From Raillietiella orientalis (lineage: Eukaryota): a DNA stretch of 64,000 nt. The stretch's first letter is position 1. Each line of letters begins with the position of its first letter. The DNA is taken from assembly GCA_036172245.1 (NCBI GenBank), contig JAYWIR010000004.1:2046001-2110000 (forward strand). Direction: 5' to 3'. The notes under the pieces were generated by a model that did not search any database, was not told the DNA's origin, and saw nothing but the letters and a program-made list of their open reading frames with translations. This document shows positions 13,478 through 28,199 of the stretch, one piece after another. The position numbers and the translations under genes were made by a program.

Positions 13478-16400
13478 CAGCGGCTACAGTCGGGCGTTGA
13501 CGAAGGCAACGAGCATGTTTCCTGGAGTGCTGATGGATGAGCCACTGTTGAGAACCAACAAAGATTCTTTGACAAGTGTCGCAGTAGAAAGTAGTGGGTT
13601 GCTCTGTTTTTTCTGGCAACCGATCCAGTGAAGCTACGGGAGGTTCCCGCCCTTCGAGAAAGCTCCGCACAATTTCCAGTGCTGGATTCCGCACCACCTC
13701 ATCCCAGCGAGACAAGTCACTGGTGTCAAGAGCAAACACCGCAGGAACCTATGTGATATGAACGTGATGATTTTTTCATCTGCTTACCTGTCGACCTGTT
13801 TCTCTGAGGAAGCGGTTCCGGATCCACCTTTCCTGGCGTTTCGCATATTGCTTTGTCACCACCAATAAATTCTCTACGCCTTGGCGAAACACTTTTTGCC
13901 CTTCTTCGGAAACCCTTTTCCCGATGTCCAGAGTAAGATAATTATGAAACTCCTTTAATCCGATACTTTGGTATATACCCTTGGTATAGGGAGTGTCCCT
14001 ACAAACAAAGAACGTTGTTGAAAAGCGCCAAGTCGTTCGCAGCACGAAGTTCATGTTGAAAGAAATACAAAAAAGAAAACCTTTCTGTGGAAATCTGACT
14101 TTTATTCAGCTTGTCATGAAAATCTTCCAATTCTTCTTTTAAGCCATACTGTATCATACTTTCTATCCTGGTCTCGAGTCTTCGTGCTAAGATATCCTGA
14201 GGGATAAAAAAGTACAGGACAATTAACGGTTTACACGCATCATTTTATCAGACATACTTTACTACACTGGAGCCATATAACACAGATCTTGGGAAAACGT
14301 AATGGTCCTCCCAGATAACTTCCACCCTCCTTTCTTTGTTCTTCAAGGATGCTACTCAGCTTACGATTGCGTTGATGGTATACCTCAAGAGCTCTGGAAA
14401 CCGTCATAAACATTTCATCCACAAGTGCACTTACAATAAAAAATGAAAACTACATTTACAATACATCGAAAAGAATTCGCATATTTTCTTCGGCAATTAA
14501 GAATGCAAACACGCAGTTATATAATAAGGTCCCAATGAATCAATCAGTCCCGAAGATGCTATCCCGGCATGGAAGCAAGGCATTTCTGATTACACGCAAA
14601 ATCCCACCTTTGTATAGTGAGGATCAGGAAAATGGGTGGCGAAGAAGTCCCGTTTCGGAACAGAACATGCAAGGATCTGTTACGATCTGTAGGGAGATAG
14701 CTTCAACAGATTTTAGCGTTATCGTTCGGGAGATCACTTCTTCGCCAAAAAAAAAAAAAAAAAAAAACCAGGCAGTATCCAGCGCTAGGTCGTCAGAAAA
14801 AATTGAAAATTATTTCCCAGTACACATGGTGATGCACTTCTTGTGCGTTTGTCGAGTTTTCATGACTGAACTCCTGTAGCAATGACTACGCCACACACCC
14901 AACTCGACCGGAGACAACCTGTTTACGGTAATGGCCTGTTGTTTCTCCTTTTGAGTGTGGATTTTTCGATCTACTCTGCCGAGAGGGTAGAGCCCGTTCA
15001 GAACATTTCTAGACTTTATTCATTGGATAAAAGCTTACATCATCGCACTTTGCACCGACTTAATCGAAAAGTGAGGTGAGCATTTTCCCCCCATCCCGCA
15101 ATTAAATGATGATGATAAAAAGTTCTAATGAATAAAAGATTCGGAACAGCTAATGAAAACGCGCAATGAAACCGCAAAGCTTGAAAATAATCAACCAAAA
15201 TAATTACCTTTTAGTCATTTTCAAACAAAAAACTGATACGCGCAGCTATTTAAAGAAACCAACGTCCAGAAGAAAATCGATGATCCTGATTTATCATTTG
15301 ATAGCTCCCTAATAGGAAAGAACATTGCGCTATAGCACCATTCTGTATTTACGATTTGGGTAAAAGTAGATTTCTTTCTAGAAAAACAGAACGACCTCTA
15401 CATATGAATGAGTAAACAAGTGGAATCACTTGAAGCTCGATTTTTTTTTACTGAACCAAATCTTCTTGCAACAGGGCATTATTTAACACGAATTGCGATT
15501 CACTTTCTGGACATCTGCGACGTACAAACTTGCAACGCAGACACACTGAAATAGCTAATGAGCGGGTGTGTACAAATCAATGGTGAAGTTAGAATATGAA
15601 TAATAGCGGACTTGGGACACGAGAAGATTATGAGCAGATTAAGTTGTGCGGATTAAATGATTTTCAATAATATTTAATTACACTCACTGTGCTAAATTTT
15701 TTGTATTCTTTTACAACTGCACTTGCAGATGTTGGATTCGCTAGAAAGTGAGAATCTCGAGACTATCTGATGACTTTTAAAGCAGTTAAGGGCAAAGCTT
15801 GAAAATTAAAATTGAATAGATGCTATGAAAGCCGGTGGCGTTAATCTCACTAATTAAATAGAAATCTGAAAGCCGTACTTTTCGACTTGATATTATTACA
15901 GACTTATAGTCCAATTGCAATGAACTTACAAGCACCAGATCAAGGAATTACAAAACCGCTGCTTACTTTTTACTTCCGCCGAGTATTTTCAATTTTTGCC
16001 TCCCTGTTTTGTGTAGCCTGGGAATACTCGTGCAAGAGCAATGGCAGAGGTACTAATAGTAACACACAAAAAAGATGTGTATGCTCAAGAGATCCAAGAA
16101 TGTTTCCGAACTATTATATTTTCAGACTGTTCGAAATTCTATTCAAATTCATTATTTTTCCATTTTACGAGATGCCTGCAAAAATTCTCTTTGTGAAAGA
16201 TTCAGATGGAAATTATTCTGATGTTGCGCCACGAATCTCAGAATAAATCAATACATGATCTTCGAATCTTGCTTAGAAAAATTTTCATCTCGTTACCGAT
16301 TTCCAACATTATGCAATTATCAGATCAAAGGTACAGATCGTTAGTACCAAAAGACACACACGCAAAAAGAAAACTTCATTATATCCCAATACAAACGGAG

Positions 16401-19400
16401 ACATTGCTTGTATACTGTCTCACCTAAAACAAGCCAGTGAATGCCAAGTTCCGTAATATTCAAATCGACTCGTTTTTCCGATAAGTACCGATTTTTCTTC
16501 CGTCTAAAACGTGATTTTTCGGAAAAAGTTTTTTCCCTTCAAAGTGAGTCGGAGCCAAGCCTTCAGAAAACTTTCGAAATATTGAAAAATTTACCATACC
16601 CAAGATGCTACCGAGGGAACAGATAAAACTTGCATATTGCGACAGTTTATCAGGAAATCATCAGGAAAAAGAACGAATACGAAAAAATTCCATCGGCCAT
16701 TACATAATTCAACATACATTTTTATTCACATCATTTCATTGCTGCTGTACGTGCACAACTGGCACAAACACTGACAACTGGGCATTTAAGATTTCCTAAA
16801 ATCCTCGGACTCTTCTTCAAGTGAAGGGAATCATGAAGTCTCGTTTCAGAACTGATGTAAAAACATGTTTCGAAAGATTATCAAGGCCTTGTTAATCAGC
16901 GAAATGCAAAACAAGAATTTAAACTTTCCATTCCAGTACGAATGCATCTGAGCCGAGAAATAAAATACGGGTTTTCATGCAAAAGATATGCATTTAAAAA
17001 TCGGAAGAAGTCTGAAGTATATGGAATCACCGAGGAAGCACACTATCCCAATTAAAATCCACCGCCAGCAGCTCAAGTTACCCTAGTCTCCTGGTGAAGT
17101 ACTAAATAGTGTGATGACTCCTTATTACCGGGCAACCTGTTTCTCTGAAATCGCAAATAAGCATGCAGCGATGCATCTACACTTAGTTCCTTGCGAGTTG
17201 AGCAAATGAAACTGCAGTCAAACTGTGGACACTGCAATCAGTCTGAAACCATATAAAACACTACTGGAGACCACAATGTGACCGACTTTCGTCATTCACA
17301 TTGTGATCCATCATACTGATAATCTTCTAAAAATGTATCAGCTTAAAAGCTAATACGTATGCACATGTATCCTGGTATTGTGTATCCTGGTACAATACCG
17401 GAATACAAAAATTTGATGCTTCGCTCTCCGACGAACCTACAGGCACTGAAGCATATGCATCGTTATTTACTACTTGCAGTATATTGAGCACTGTTACAGT
17501 GTCGAATGATTGGCGAGATGGAACTGATTTGGAACGCGAAAATTGGGACAATGCTGAAATTCTCGACTCAGACCACCACCACCACCACCACTATAAATGC
17601 ATTTACTTCTTGCAAGGATGAAAAAATTGTGTGACCAAGTCGAATAGAAGTCGAACGAAATCAAAAGAAACAAGTGTTTCGGAGAATCCGATGGGAATTT
17701 AAGAAAAGTATGCCGAGTTGCTAATTTCCTCTCCTCCTAAATTGCTGGATACATACACAGACTTCGCCTGGTCCACTTGAATTGCTGGAAGTGCTCCGTT
17801 TTTACCATTTCAGTTATCCTTCCACGTACATCAATGAAGACCGACGAATATCTCGAGGTACACACGCGTGAGAGCAATTCTTTTGGAGACTGATGCAGTT
17901 CACGTTGTAATTGAATAAAAAGCCTCAAGATGCATGAGCGACGGCGCCAAAAGCCAGCAGGCTTGGCTACAGCAAAAATAGCTTCCCTGGAAGCTACGCT
18001 GATTTGGATATCTTTCACTATCGCTCATTCTTATGAATATATGATAGTGATTCGAAGTAAACATCATCACACATCTTCGAAAACTTAAAACGGATATTCG
18101 CACGTTAGTGGTCCAATAAAAATGCTACTGCTAATCCTTTATGTTCATTCCTTAAGAGTGTGTGCTTACGTATATATATATAAAAAAAAACGGTTCAAAT
18201 ACCTTGGCGAAAGTACCCACCAAAGATTTGCGTAAGAGCTGCAAAGTAATCACGCATTCAGAACCAGAGGCTTGCTGGTATCAAGGCTCAAAAACTACAC
18301 AGCCTTGCAATTCGAAATTTGGCAAGTCCATTCGTTCCGATCCTGAGATGTGAGGATACTGCGTGTGCCAAGCAAAGCCAAAACGTCTTGTACTGTATCA
18401 ACAGAGATATGAAACTAAATGCCCAGCGAAAGTACCGGAAACGTGAATACAAGCAACAGGCCTTAATCATCTAATGAATAATCACATGCACATGAGCCGA
18501 AGATTCTGAAACATAAACGGGAAGCGCATATATCATACGCCTAAGCGATTTATCCTTATAATTTAAATGGCGTATACAGTACACGTATCAATCGAATTTG
18601 CAAACAACAGGAAAACAACAAGAGACGAAAAAGATATTAAAAACAGAGTCACCAGAGGTACAGTGACTGGGGCTGACCTGGGAACAATCAATACTGCGCA
18701 CTTCTAGATAAGTTTAAAAATGCACATCCCGATAGTCTGGACCTAATTCGATATCCCATGGAAATCAGTGAAGCACGAATACTACCACATTAAGATCATG
18801 CCACTGAAGCAAACCACGAATAATGTCACAGCATATATACATCGCACGCTTTAACTGGTATTCGGCTGCATGTTGAACACCGAGGGTTATTACTCATGTG
18901 GATGTAGAATGCAAACTAAGGAGTGCTAATGAATAACATTACCGTGATTTTTTTTAATTCCGTTCATCAGAAAATCTCAAATAAATTACATGAAATGTTA
19001 AGTGAAAAAAAATACAGCAATCCTGAAATATCGCAAAAACGTGGATTTCTAATTGGAGAAAAAAAAAAAAAAAAATGGTAACCTCAAGATATGCTATTGA
19101 AGAAAAACAAGGGGAGAGAGGAAAGAATACCATAAGACCACTTAAATAATTTGCGCATTGAGAAAATAGAAACTGAAATGAAATGCAGTGCATCACACAT
19201 TGCATTCCAGTTTGCATACATGGCAAATGAACGGCTTCATAGAGGAATGGGACCCCACTACACAAATTTAAGAAGAGAAAATTTTTATTTGTCATGTGTT
19301 CCTTACTTCAAAGTGAGTGGAGAAATCCCAATAACGACACCACCAAAGAAGTCAGTAATCCGTGCTTCGCTCGTTTTAAAATGTTGCCTAAATGCTTCGA

Positions 19401-22400
19401 TTTATTCATACCATGAGGTTACTGCATGATGCTATAGTTGGTAAAGGACACAAAGGTACAATGGAATCCTAAGAATTCTTTGCAGGAATAAAACACTACA
19501 CAGCTGTGTTTTGAATCTCCACTAAATAAATAAGATTTGACCTTGGCATTTTTAAATATAAAGAATCAGACAATTGCAAGCGAAAAAGCGTAAAAAGTAT
19601 TATGAAAGGGCAACACGCTCGACTCTTATCACCAAACTTCATAAATGCACAATATCTTAAAAGTGTAAAAATTAGGAGTGAGCATTAAGGAGCTGTCAAG
19701 ATAATTAAAGATCAGTTTTTGGAAATTCACTCTACAAGCCAGGACGCATTAAAAATTAAATGAAAATCTATAACGACCATCCTCCACAAGCAGCATCAAT
19801 CACGTTAGGATACGACAAGCAATTTTTGTTTCAGAAAGTGGGAGCGTTCATTCGAGTAGACCAAATGTTTGTTGAAATGGAAAAGCAAAAAATAAGCGAA
19901 ATCGGTTCAGCTTTATGAATCCTATGCAATGTTAAAAGCTGATAAACCTCCAAGAAAAATATTCCACGCACCGGGGCCAATGAGAATTCCAAGGAATTCA
20001 TACACTTATCGCCATATCGACACCTGTGTTGACCACGGTGTAGGTATCCGACAACGAAAACACATAAACGACACTTGAAAGGTACAGGACCCATTTTAAT
20101 GGCACAAAAAAAAGGAAAAATGAACTGAATATTAGTCTCCGAAACCTTCAGCATTCAACAAGACAAACTAATAATTATAAAAACTAATAAGAATAAGCAC
20201 TGCTAAAAAAAAAACGAGCACAATTGAAAATATTCCTTGTCATTTCAAAAGAAACTTATCCAGAATCAAATAAAAAAAAAAAAAAAAACGTCTGCTATCA
20301 AAGCAAACGAACAGTCGAACCTATAGAATATAAGAGGACACACATTAGATATGCATAGTAAAACTGAGGTAGTCAAGCTTGGAGATCCAGATGCTAAAGT
20401 TGGCGTGAAGAAGAATCGCGTAAAGCATCTTTACCATCTTATCGTTATTGGAATGTAAAAGTTTTGGAGAAACTCAACGAAAAAAAAGCTTTGTGGCAAT
20501 GCTTTGTGGATGAAACGTTTCGTATAAAGACTAGAACAATACACAAGAAATTTACACCTGATTGCAACAAGGAGAAATCCAAAAAATCAGGCAGAGACAA
20601 TGAATTACAAGGTAATTCTTATACTTGGAAAGATGATGCAAGGATGCCGAAGATGGGCAAAATGATGCAAGAGATCGAAAACAGAAACAGATGAACTTCC
20701 ATTTTTCTAAATAATCGGAAACTTCGGCACTGCTTCACAAAAATCCCTACAAATCAATGACGATACACCAAAGACAAGAAAGCGAGGTGTTAAGTGAACA
20801 ACGTCGATAAGTACGAAAAAGCAATACTGACAGAACCAAATGGAAAATGAGAAACTACAAGAACAAGAATTCCCGAATAAAACTTACAAACTCATAAAAT
20901 CAACAGGATTAAAACACAGATGAGGAATGGACAGGTAGACTAACATGTCCAGTGAATCCTTATTGGGTGTTCTGCGCAGCTTAGATGATTAACGGTTGAA
21001 ATTCTGGGCCGACACAACGGAAACACTAAACGAAGACAGCGGACCTGCATGGAAATTTGGCATGTTTGTTGTACTTTGTTTATTTATGCTCCAAGTTAAG
21101 AGATTATTAACACTTCTTTACTACGTAAAGCAACAAGATTACATTATTTCATAAAGTGCAAATGAGAAAAGCGCGAGTCTTCAAAACGAGCAACCAAAAG
21201 AAGCACTGACTGCATGCCAGATTGCTGACACCTTGGATTTTTCGAAACTGACCTTATTATTTTACGCCTGTTGTTTGGGTGAAGTGTGCCTGCCGTCTCC
21301 GGGTCCACTTTTCCGAGAGTATTATGAAGCTGTAGATTGTCCATGTTTTCAAACTGCTGCCGAACATGAACCTGGCTTCCAAGCAGCTGTTCCGACACAT
21401 CTATCGCCTTTTCGGAATCACTGGGACAAAACCGTTGAGGAACTTCTAGCAATACTTTCCACAACAGCGACTCGATATAATAATTGGTGCCACCCACGAC
21501 GATGGGCAACTTACTGCGTCGGAGAAGATTATAAATCTCAGATTTCAGGAAAATCTTGCCAAAAGATGCGGACATTTGTTATTTCTAGCTTAGACATTTC
21601 ATTCAAACACACAAACAACATGAAAAAAAAACAGCAAAAACAGCGAATCGCAATTTTTAAAAGATCGAATTTTTGAAGATCACGCATTCTCCAAGGAGAT
21701 TATCATTTCCCGCTTTGGTGATTTACATTCTTTCGGTCCAGTTGCAGAACTTGGAATAACCAAAATAAGATGAGGATCCGATTCACAGAATCATGAAGTA
21801 ACACCCCTGGAACGAAACTTGAATCCTGGTTCACCCAAGTTGTGAAATCTTTTAAATCCATAAATATGGCCATGCAAAACAAAATCTCAAAGCACAAAGA
21901 ATGCTATGAGCAAAGAGAGCAAAAACGGCAAAAAGAAAAGAAAAGAAAGAAAAAAAAACACTCGAGTTCTTTCAAATTTTTTATTCCATACCACTGCACT
22001 ATGCGATGAGTAAATGTTTTGTGCAAACCAGAACATTCAAATTCAAAACAAAAATACATGCAGGCTGTTTTTCATATAATCGAAACTTTTAAAAATTCGG
22101 AATCAAATACAACTGAAACAAAGAGAGTTGCCGTAATATATATATATATATGTGTGTGTGTGTATGTATATAAATGTACGTTTTGTTTACCCCACAGAAA
22201 GTGGTGACCAGCTATCGACTTGAACCAGGGAGAAACTTTTGAAGCAAAAATTATAAACGTGCCCTAAAATTCTAAATTAGTAACAGCTTCTGGAACAACG
22301 ACGAATCACTCCAGAGAGTTCGATGAGAATGACACCAAGAACTATAACTGAATGAAATCATGATCGAATAAAAAACACAAATGTGAACAGAACCCGTCTC

Positions 22401-25400
22401 CTGTTAATGCAATTTATGCTACGCATGGCGATGCGCGGTCACGCTGAACAGACACCTTTTTAACATCAAAGTTCAACATCTTGGTTTTCCTACCCTGTCT
22501 TCCAATATGGAATCACAATGAAAGTCCCTGGGATGTGTGTCGCTTTAGTTTTATCACAAAGGGATTTTTACACTCACCCACTTGAGAAACACTTCCGAAA
22601 CACTGCAACCAGGCATCGTCGATACATTGAGTACATTGAGAGACGGTGATTTGCATTTATTGCTTCGACTTCTAATTATGATTGGTCTTTCCCAGCTGAG
22701 AATATTCATACAAACAAACCACTCAGTACGAGAAGAAAAAAAAAAACAAGAGGCAATATTCTTAACTTGATATATACTTTTGAAATTGAATTTTGCAACG
22801 AAGAAAAAGGCAACACAAAGTCAGATGATTTAGATAGCAGACCGATAAGATCAGCACAATGAGAAACTTTTCAAGAAACTGCTGATTCTATACCAAGCCA
22901 CAGTCAATATGATACATGTAACTGACCATAACAGAACAGGAATATCTTTGGATCCTTTTTTCTTTTTTTTTTTTCATGTCGTTTATCACTAGTAACCTTA
23001 GGGAGGAATCATCATGCGTTGTCCTTCATTATCGAGTTTTTACCCCATTTCCTCAAGACTAAATGATGATGCTTCTCATTCATGTTCTTGGAATTTTGTA
23101 ACACGTTTTACCCGCTGTTAGGAATAACCAAACAGAATGCACTAACTTTTCATAAATTGGACAGTTGCAGCATCCATTTCTGATGCAATCACAAGCTAAC
23201 TTGCAAAATGATGAATTGCTCGGTTCGAAGAATGATTTCTTCTTCCATTCATTGATTGATTCCAAGAAACACGAGACAACGATAATGGGTGCCACACAAA
23301 CATTCGGTTAATGTTACAGAAAATAAATTGCCCAATTTTTTGGCTGTACACCTTTTCTTTGCATGCCGAGGGGATTCGAGGGCCTTCATGAAAATTTACC
23401 ACCGGATTATACGGCAAAGAATAAACAGTGTTTGGATTGAATTAACATGGGTACCCTCAAATATTCCTTTAAAAAAAAGCGAAAATCAGTAAAGAAAAGA
23501 AAGGAATAATAGACAGAAGCATCGTGTTTCTTTATATGAACTGTATTAATCAAATAGCATCAATAATTTCGTTTCAACATGATGACAGAAACCTTGCATT
23601 GCTGACGAAACGATGATTCCGATACGAGAAGAGCCAAAGTCCGAATATGAAAAACTAAGAATTAAAAACCACTAAGGCAAGAACGAAAATTAGTGATGAT
23701 GTTCAAGTCTACTTGGTTCCATGATACTGGATTCAAAAAATTTTCTTTTGACCGAAAAGGTAAACGATGCTTCGAGAATTGAAGTTCCACTTAGCGGTTT
23801 AGCGACGTTTTACCGTGAATCATTTGAAAAAAACATAACAGATTTTTAAATACTTCAGAATAAGGAAAAAGGCACCGAGGCCTCGCAAATACGATTTCCG
23901 GTTAAGGAACACAAACATTAAGGAAGACACGTTACATAATAGGATTAACCAAACTAATGACAAAACATTCCCATAGAAGCAGTAACTTTGAACCAAAGTT
24001 AAATGATTCGTAAACAGCTCCACTAAACCATTAGAAAGTGCATTTCATGTTTTCCTCAAATTCCAGCTGACTAATATTCAGCTTTTTTCGATCTTCACGA
24101 AAAGATGAGTTACAAGAATGTGCTGTCTTTCTACTCAAGAAAGACACGTAGACATTACAAAATTAAAATATATATTTTGTAAGAATACCAACCATGAAAG
24201 ACAAAAGAATACAATCCCAAAAACACTAAAGATTAGCAGAAGGTAGTAGAAGGTCTTTTACATTGCATCGCAAATTTCACAAGAAAAACGGCTTTTTTGT
24301 TACATCATTCTCAGTTGACTACTTTAAAGAATCGGAAGAATTCATGCAAATTTTTTTTTTGTTTTTGTTTTCATAGCATTTATGTGCTTAGAAAATGATT
24401 CTCTCGTTATACTGTTTCGAAACGAGTCAAAAAACTTCCATTCGTTCACCCAAATCACACACATGAGCATAAGTGAAAATACATCCCCAGCTCATAGATC
24501 TGCGAATCTCGACTACATTCATAATGTACAATAATCCAACCAATTTGATAAAATTTCCACCGTTTCAGGTTTACTGGAGGAGAAATACCATGAAAGAATG
24601 GAAGAGGGGGTTTCTACACCAAATTCCATAAGATTCTGAACTTAACCTGACGTAATGTTTAAAATTTATTCTAAACTTCACTCCATTAGCAACAGAAAGC
24701 AGTTTATAATATTATTATTACAAATTCCATATACATACATTGAAATCAAAAGATTACTAGAAATAGGGAATAAGGAGGCTTATGTAGTATTTCCCATTAA
24801 CATACACACACACAAATGTTTTGATGGTCATATTAATTCTTCCGATTTCATGCTAATAATTTGCTGATAATTACTAAAGTGTGTTTTTATTTGAACGATA
24901 CAAGGGATGCATTCTGATATGCATTTATGAACCGAGGATCAATAAAAGTTTTGTGGTTCAATTGGTTTTGTGGAAATACCACTAAAAAAATACTGAAAAA
25001 ACGAAAAACATTTGCATATCAGACTTGAAGCAAAATCTTTTTTTTACTTTCTTAAATTTACGAACGGGAAGTCTTTATGAAAAACGGCTATGAAAGGACC
25101 ACCTTGGAAACCTGAAATACTTTAATTACAGTAATCACTTCTAATTAATAGAATTAGTTCATCCAGAGGAATTTAAAGCATATCTTTTGTAATTATGAAA
25201 CCAAAAATTGGTCTGTCTTTTCTGTCCTGAGAACACAATAAAACACAAAACAATGAAGAAAAAACAGTATCATTTTCTTACCCCCTCCCCCACCAAATGT
25301 ATCAAGTTACTCAATTCTGAATGTTTGGCCATCCAAAAAAAAAAAACGGTCACAAAATATCTTGAAAGAGTAGACATTTAGAGTGAAATAAAACTTGAAA

Positions 25401-27423
25401 GTGCTTATATGTATTGTACTTATGCTAATAATTCCTTCGGGACTAAAATCTCTTTTTCAAGTCATGAAGTAATGACTTGGGAACCTAAAAAGATCTATTT
25501 GAAGATAACTGTTAATCAGAGTTGAATTTTCTGCTTCTTTCCTTGCTTGGATCATGAATTTATTTTCTTATTGAATCCGGAGTTCGAACAAAGATAAACC
25601 CGGTTTTGTATAAATAAAAAAAGAGACCTTTCACATGAAACTACAAACCAAGGAGAATAAAAAAAACTAAAACTAAAACGCTTGTTGCAAGAACAAAACA
25701 CCCCAATAACATTATTCTTGTGAATTCATTCAATCCATGAAGCCTTAATTATGAATCTGAAATCACTTTACAAATCATTGTTATTTTGCTCACTACAACT
25801 ATGTCTAAAACAGCAGCAATACAAAATTAAGATTATTCTCGATTATTCTAAGAACTCTTGCATAAATTTACCATATCAATTTTATCTGCAACTAACAACT
25901 AAGAACTCTTCTGTAATTGAGGAAAACAAAATGAACACTTCATTTTCAATTTGCTTATTTATTCCATTATCAAATTTTTTCTAAGAATTCAAATCGCACA
26001 TAACTATATATATAAAGCCAACAATATGGTATTCTGTTAAAAAACTTTAAAGATGTTCTCTCTCCACAGCCCTGAGAAAACAAATTATACAAATGCTTCA
26101 AGTAATTGCACTGTTGAATTCTGAACAGGAAAACACACAAAATAAAATAGAATTTTCTTTATGAAAAACAATTTAAAGATAACTACAACCACTGTTTTTT
26201 TTCCAATTGTAATTAAAAGTTGTTAAAATAACAGTGATCCTAAAAATTGAATTGAGAGAGCACATTTCATACAAAACTTTTATAAACTTTTGCAGATTGA
26301 ATAGAGAATTTTGCAATATGCACAGAATATACCCAATATCAAGCTTTGTTTATCAAGCACTTTTCTAAGAACTGCTTCCTCTTAATAGGTTCCTCACACT
26401 GAATTTCGTCCTAGAGTTTACGATACAACTGATCAATAATGCAATAGCAATTCATGTATTCAAAATCTGCCTAATTTCCTAGGCACAACAAAAGTGCACT
26501 TTTCAGAAATCTACTAAAAAAATTTCCTACAGTTGGCAGACTGCTGTGTAAGCAACAACAAAGCAAAATGCGCCAAGAACAAGGCGTTATTAAAAAAATA
26601 CGAATCACATTGGAAAGCACACATTAAAGTTTCACAGCAAAAATATAACAGAGATACTCAATCAAAAGGATACAATTGGCAAGGCCAAATTTCTATAATC
26701 CACAACTGTAAGATTCCATTTAGGATCCAAAATATCTATCAAATGATGAGGAATTGATTTCTGTTCTTCGGGTCTGATTTTGTTTGTGATGATATCCAAA
26801 CCTTTGTAAATCTATAAAAAGTTAGGAAATGCTCACTAATTGTTTTCAAAGTCTATTGAATAAACAGTAAGAGAATTTTTAATGCAACCACTCAATACTG
26901 AGATTCATTCTTTAATCACTGCACATAATTTATTAAAGAAGTAATACAAATAATACATTAATTGTCTTGGGTCATCATACTATAAAGCACCTGTTTAAGA
27001 AAAAAAAAATTTGCATTCAAAGTTTGATACGTTATGCTATTGTAATTGTTCGAGAAGGTGTGAGTAGTGTTTATTTCATGGTACTCACTGATCATCAAAT
27101 TACTTTAAATGATAAACAGTCCAATGAATTGGGAAATTAATCCATTTGACAAAATTTATCAATAACTACGGTTAAAAACCTTAGTTACTGATAAACTGAA
27201 CATAACCACCGACTCGTTTCCATTTAAAAGACTGCTTGTGATTAATGGGGCAACTCAAATTATATGACAAAGATTTCAATTCAATTAAAATTCATTAAAA
27301 TGTTAGCACCTGCATGGAATCTGCACTGATAATCTCACCAGAAAAACGAGAAGCAATTTCAACTGCTAATTTGGACTTCCCGGTTCCAGTGGCACCCAAT
27401 ATAACAACTGGTAGTAAATTCAT
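13458..27423 (-). CDS. TRIT1: tRNA dimethylallyltransferase (tRNA isopentenyltransferase)
   Basis: Exons 27423-27310, 26811-26674, 21536-21253, 14393-14258, 14196-14081, 13998-13788, 13748-13458. P-loop [72 protein letters not shown] and a C-terminal zinc finger CDTC..HQHSRKH. Confidence 0.93.
21537..26673 (-). other. Probable U12-type (minor spliceosome) GT-AG intron, TRIT1 intron 2, 5137 nt
   Basis: The 5' splice site reads GTATCCTTT, the U12 consensus. The 3' end reads TTTTCCTGAAATCTGAG, an imperfect TTCCTTRAC-like branch site close to a GAG acceptor with no pyrimidine tract. Boundaries are fixed by protein colinearity ([24 protein letters not shown]). Confidence 0.75.
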
Positions 27424-28199
27424 TTTTCTGTTCAAGCACTGGGATAATTAACACAAACCAAGCATCTCACGTGCCAAGATTACCTCCTCGTTCCTCTGAG
27501 GTTCAATTGCGGATTGCGTTAAAACCTACATTTAGGGCTAGTTCCAAGCAATTGATCACTTGAGATTTTCACTCAGTTTTCAATTTATCTATCTCGTGTT
27601 TGGTTTATCTTGAGAACAAGGTAAGATTCGTACTCAAAATAAAAAAAAAATACGTCAACTGTTTTCCCAAGGAATTACGATGGGCCATAGAATGAGGTTC
27701 GATGCTAAACCATACATGTTCCACAAGAATGACGAAATACATTTGAAATGTATTCCTTCTGAAGAAAGGTATTAAATGACGAAATACAAACTTGTAGAAG
27801 ATGTATGATTATTGCGAAATTTGGTAGAATATTTAAGAGGTGGTTAGATTGTTGTATTTTCTCCTCAAAACACTTGTCTTGGGTGCATCTCCTACTGAGA
27901 TCCTTCCTTTGTATAAGCAACGAAAGAAACTAACCGATATGTCGAGAATGCACAAATGGGGAAACTCAACATCATCGCAGAAAAAACACAATCGAATGTC
28001 ACCCGGTTGCTCTTGGACGTTCACTTGCGAATCACATAACGATACAGAATGGGAATTATGTTCCTACAAGTTACCTGTAGGTGAAACAATTTGTTACCGA
28101 CCAATTTGCTTCACTTATTGGTACAAAGCAGATCAGTTTGGTACTGAGGCTGCACTACAGGGGTTATGGAACATGAGAAGAATAAAGGAAAGAACAGAT

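Noticed and set aside
20365..20469. let-7-like (tgaggtagt) and miR-1-like (tggaatgtaaa..tggag) strings
   Set aside because: Only 9-11 nt of identity and no convincing precursor hairpin. Compatible with chance.
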